The notes under the pieces: generated by a model
Databases searched by the model: none
Seen by the model: only the letters and a program-made list of their open reading frames with translations
What the model was told of the DNA's origin: nothing
Assembly (NCBI RefSeq): GCF_001194135.2
Contig: NC_068984.1
Span: 5,069,240 to 5,107,274 of the forward strand
Origin: Octopus bimaculoides
Taxonomy: Eukaryota
DNA: 38,035 nt
Direction of reading: 5' to 3'
Translations under genes and position numbers: made by a program
In this document: positions 36,411 through 38,035 of the stretch, one piece after another
Layout of the letters: every line of letters begins with the position of its first letter
How positions within the stretch are numbered: the stretch's first letter is position 1

Positions 36411-37684
36411 ACATGGTAACGGTGGATCAAATAGCTTTTATGTTCTCTCAAGAATGGATCACGGGACGAAAGAACCGATCTTTGGGTCAACACCCTTAAC
36501 TCCGAAGCTACACATCCTTACCCTCAGGAAAAAGTGTAGTTTCTATATTGTCTTGGCTTTAAAGCTGTTCCATATTAATGTAGAGTCTCCGGGTTCAAAT
36601 CTTTGCGTTGTGAAGGTTTCATTCTACTCTTACTGTCTTCAACCATTGCACGGTTCACCACAGCAACTCTTTAGAAACATCCTCCTTCTGTTGATTTGAT
36701 CACATGTGGTTACTTTCCAGATGAGCAATCAACACGTAGGAAATTCCAAATATAAACGTTTCAAATATATTTAGCACACGAGTTATCAGTCCGTAGTTTT
36801 AGAGGTCTTTGTGGTGAGGGAATCAATAATTTTGGCCCCACTCTTCTGCAATCAACTGTTAACTCTGGTGGCTTACCTAATTTATTAAATAGTATTGTCA
36901 CATTCATAAACACGAGTTATCGTCTTCATCCAGAAATGTAATTCTGTTGCTAAATTCCTCACTAGTTACGTTGCAACATACTTACAATGGAATTTCAGTT
37001 TTTTTATTCCTTTCTCTTCTAATGTATAGCGTTCTTTGATTTTTTTCCTTCAGTATTTTCTCTTATAAATTTATAAAGATTTTCATTGAAATTTTGGATG
37101 TTCTCTAAAGTTATGCCATTTTTCTGTGAGATTCTTGTAAGATCTTTGTTATTTGTTTCTAATTCCTAATTCTCATGAAAAAGAAAATGGAATAAAAACA
37201 AAAAAAAAAAACGCTCCTGTTTTCCCAAGCCCCTTCTACGCCATTACCTTTCTGATACAAGTTTTTATTTCACTTCTTCCACGTATTCCTTTCTTTATAT
37301 TTTCTTACCGTGTTTTCCCTTTTTAATTTCCTTAAGTAACGCTGGACCATTCCATTTCTTTCTAGTTTTATGTATATTCCAGCAGTGACTTTTATTACGT
37401 TTGGCTGAAATGACTTTTACTCTGTCGATATCGAACAAAATTCCACTAGAAACTACCACGGTTATTAAGGAAGCTTGATCATTTCGTCGCTTGATGTTTA
37501 GATTTATTTCTGGGAAAATAATTCCAAGCTATATTTAGTTATATTTTCAAGTAGATTTTTGGTTTAATCTTAGCTTAGTAAAGAATTTCCTTTGTTTCAT
37601 GTTTTAGCTTGGAAAGGGATTTCCGTTGATCAACGTTTATTGATTTTACTGGTAGCTTCAGTAGTAGAGACTTCCTTGATACCG

Positions 37685-38035
37685 TATTATTATTATTATT
37701 ATTACTATTATTATTATTATTATTTTATGTTTGACTTTTGTTTTGCATTTGTACAAGTTGGATCCAAGTCTCACCCAGAGACCTCAAGAGACAACAAGTT
37801 AGAAGTTCATGTAGGTGTTATGCCTAGGGTACCATATATTTGGATTTGTACAGTTTTGTTCAAGTGAATGTTTAAGAAACCATAAGAAAATTATGTTTGC
37901 TTTAAAATTTGAGATCACATAGACAGTATTTTACGTAGGATATGGGCAGTTCCCATGAGCACTATCTTTTGAACTTCAGCCATTTTGGGGTTTCCTGGAA
38001 TCTGATCTAGGTAGTAACCAGCCCGTTTCGCTGTC
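37685..38035 (-). mobile_element. 3' end of a Dong/R4-like non-LTR retrotransposon with (TAA)n flank; continues beyond the window
   Basis: Minus strand 38034-37915 reads TAKRAGYYLDQIPGNPKMAEVQKIVLMGTAHILRKILSM* without disruption, matching the QKxxLxGTAHILR C-terminus of R4/Dong restriction-like-endonuclease ORFs. About 190-bp 3' UTR, then (TAA)n at 37685-37723. Confidence 0.8.

Overview
AT-rich eukaryotic DNA, dense in microsatellites and retroposons, with 13 assembly gaps (N runs). The SINE families and microsatellite load suggest an octopus (coleoid cephalopod) genome; this is inference from repeat style, not a database result. No host protein-coding gene can be supported, and most ORF-track entries are translated microsatellites or N runs. 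Supported content: (i) many copies of at least three tRNA-headed SINE families, here labelled A, B and C; (ii) three decayed Tc1/mariner transposons (Hsmar1/cecropia-like DD34D, irritans-like, maT-like DD37D); (iii) two decayed Penelope-like elements (PLEs); (iv) 3' ends of a Tx1-like LINE in (TATC)n and of a Dong/R4-like LINE in (TAA)n. The most striking object is a 590-bp non-coding palindrome (24786-25375). Each arm carries a type I hammerhead ribozyme motif, one per strand, with the short palindromic stem III typical of PLE-associated hammerheads.
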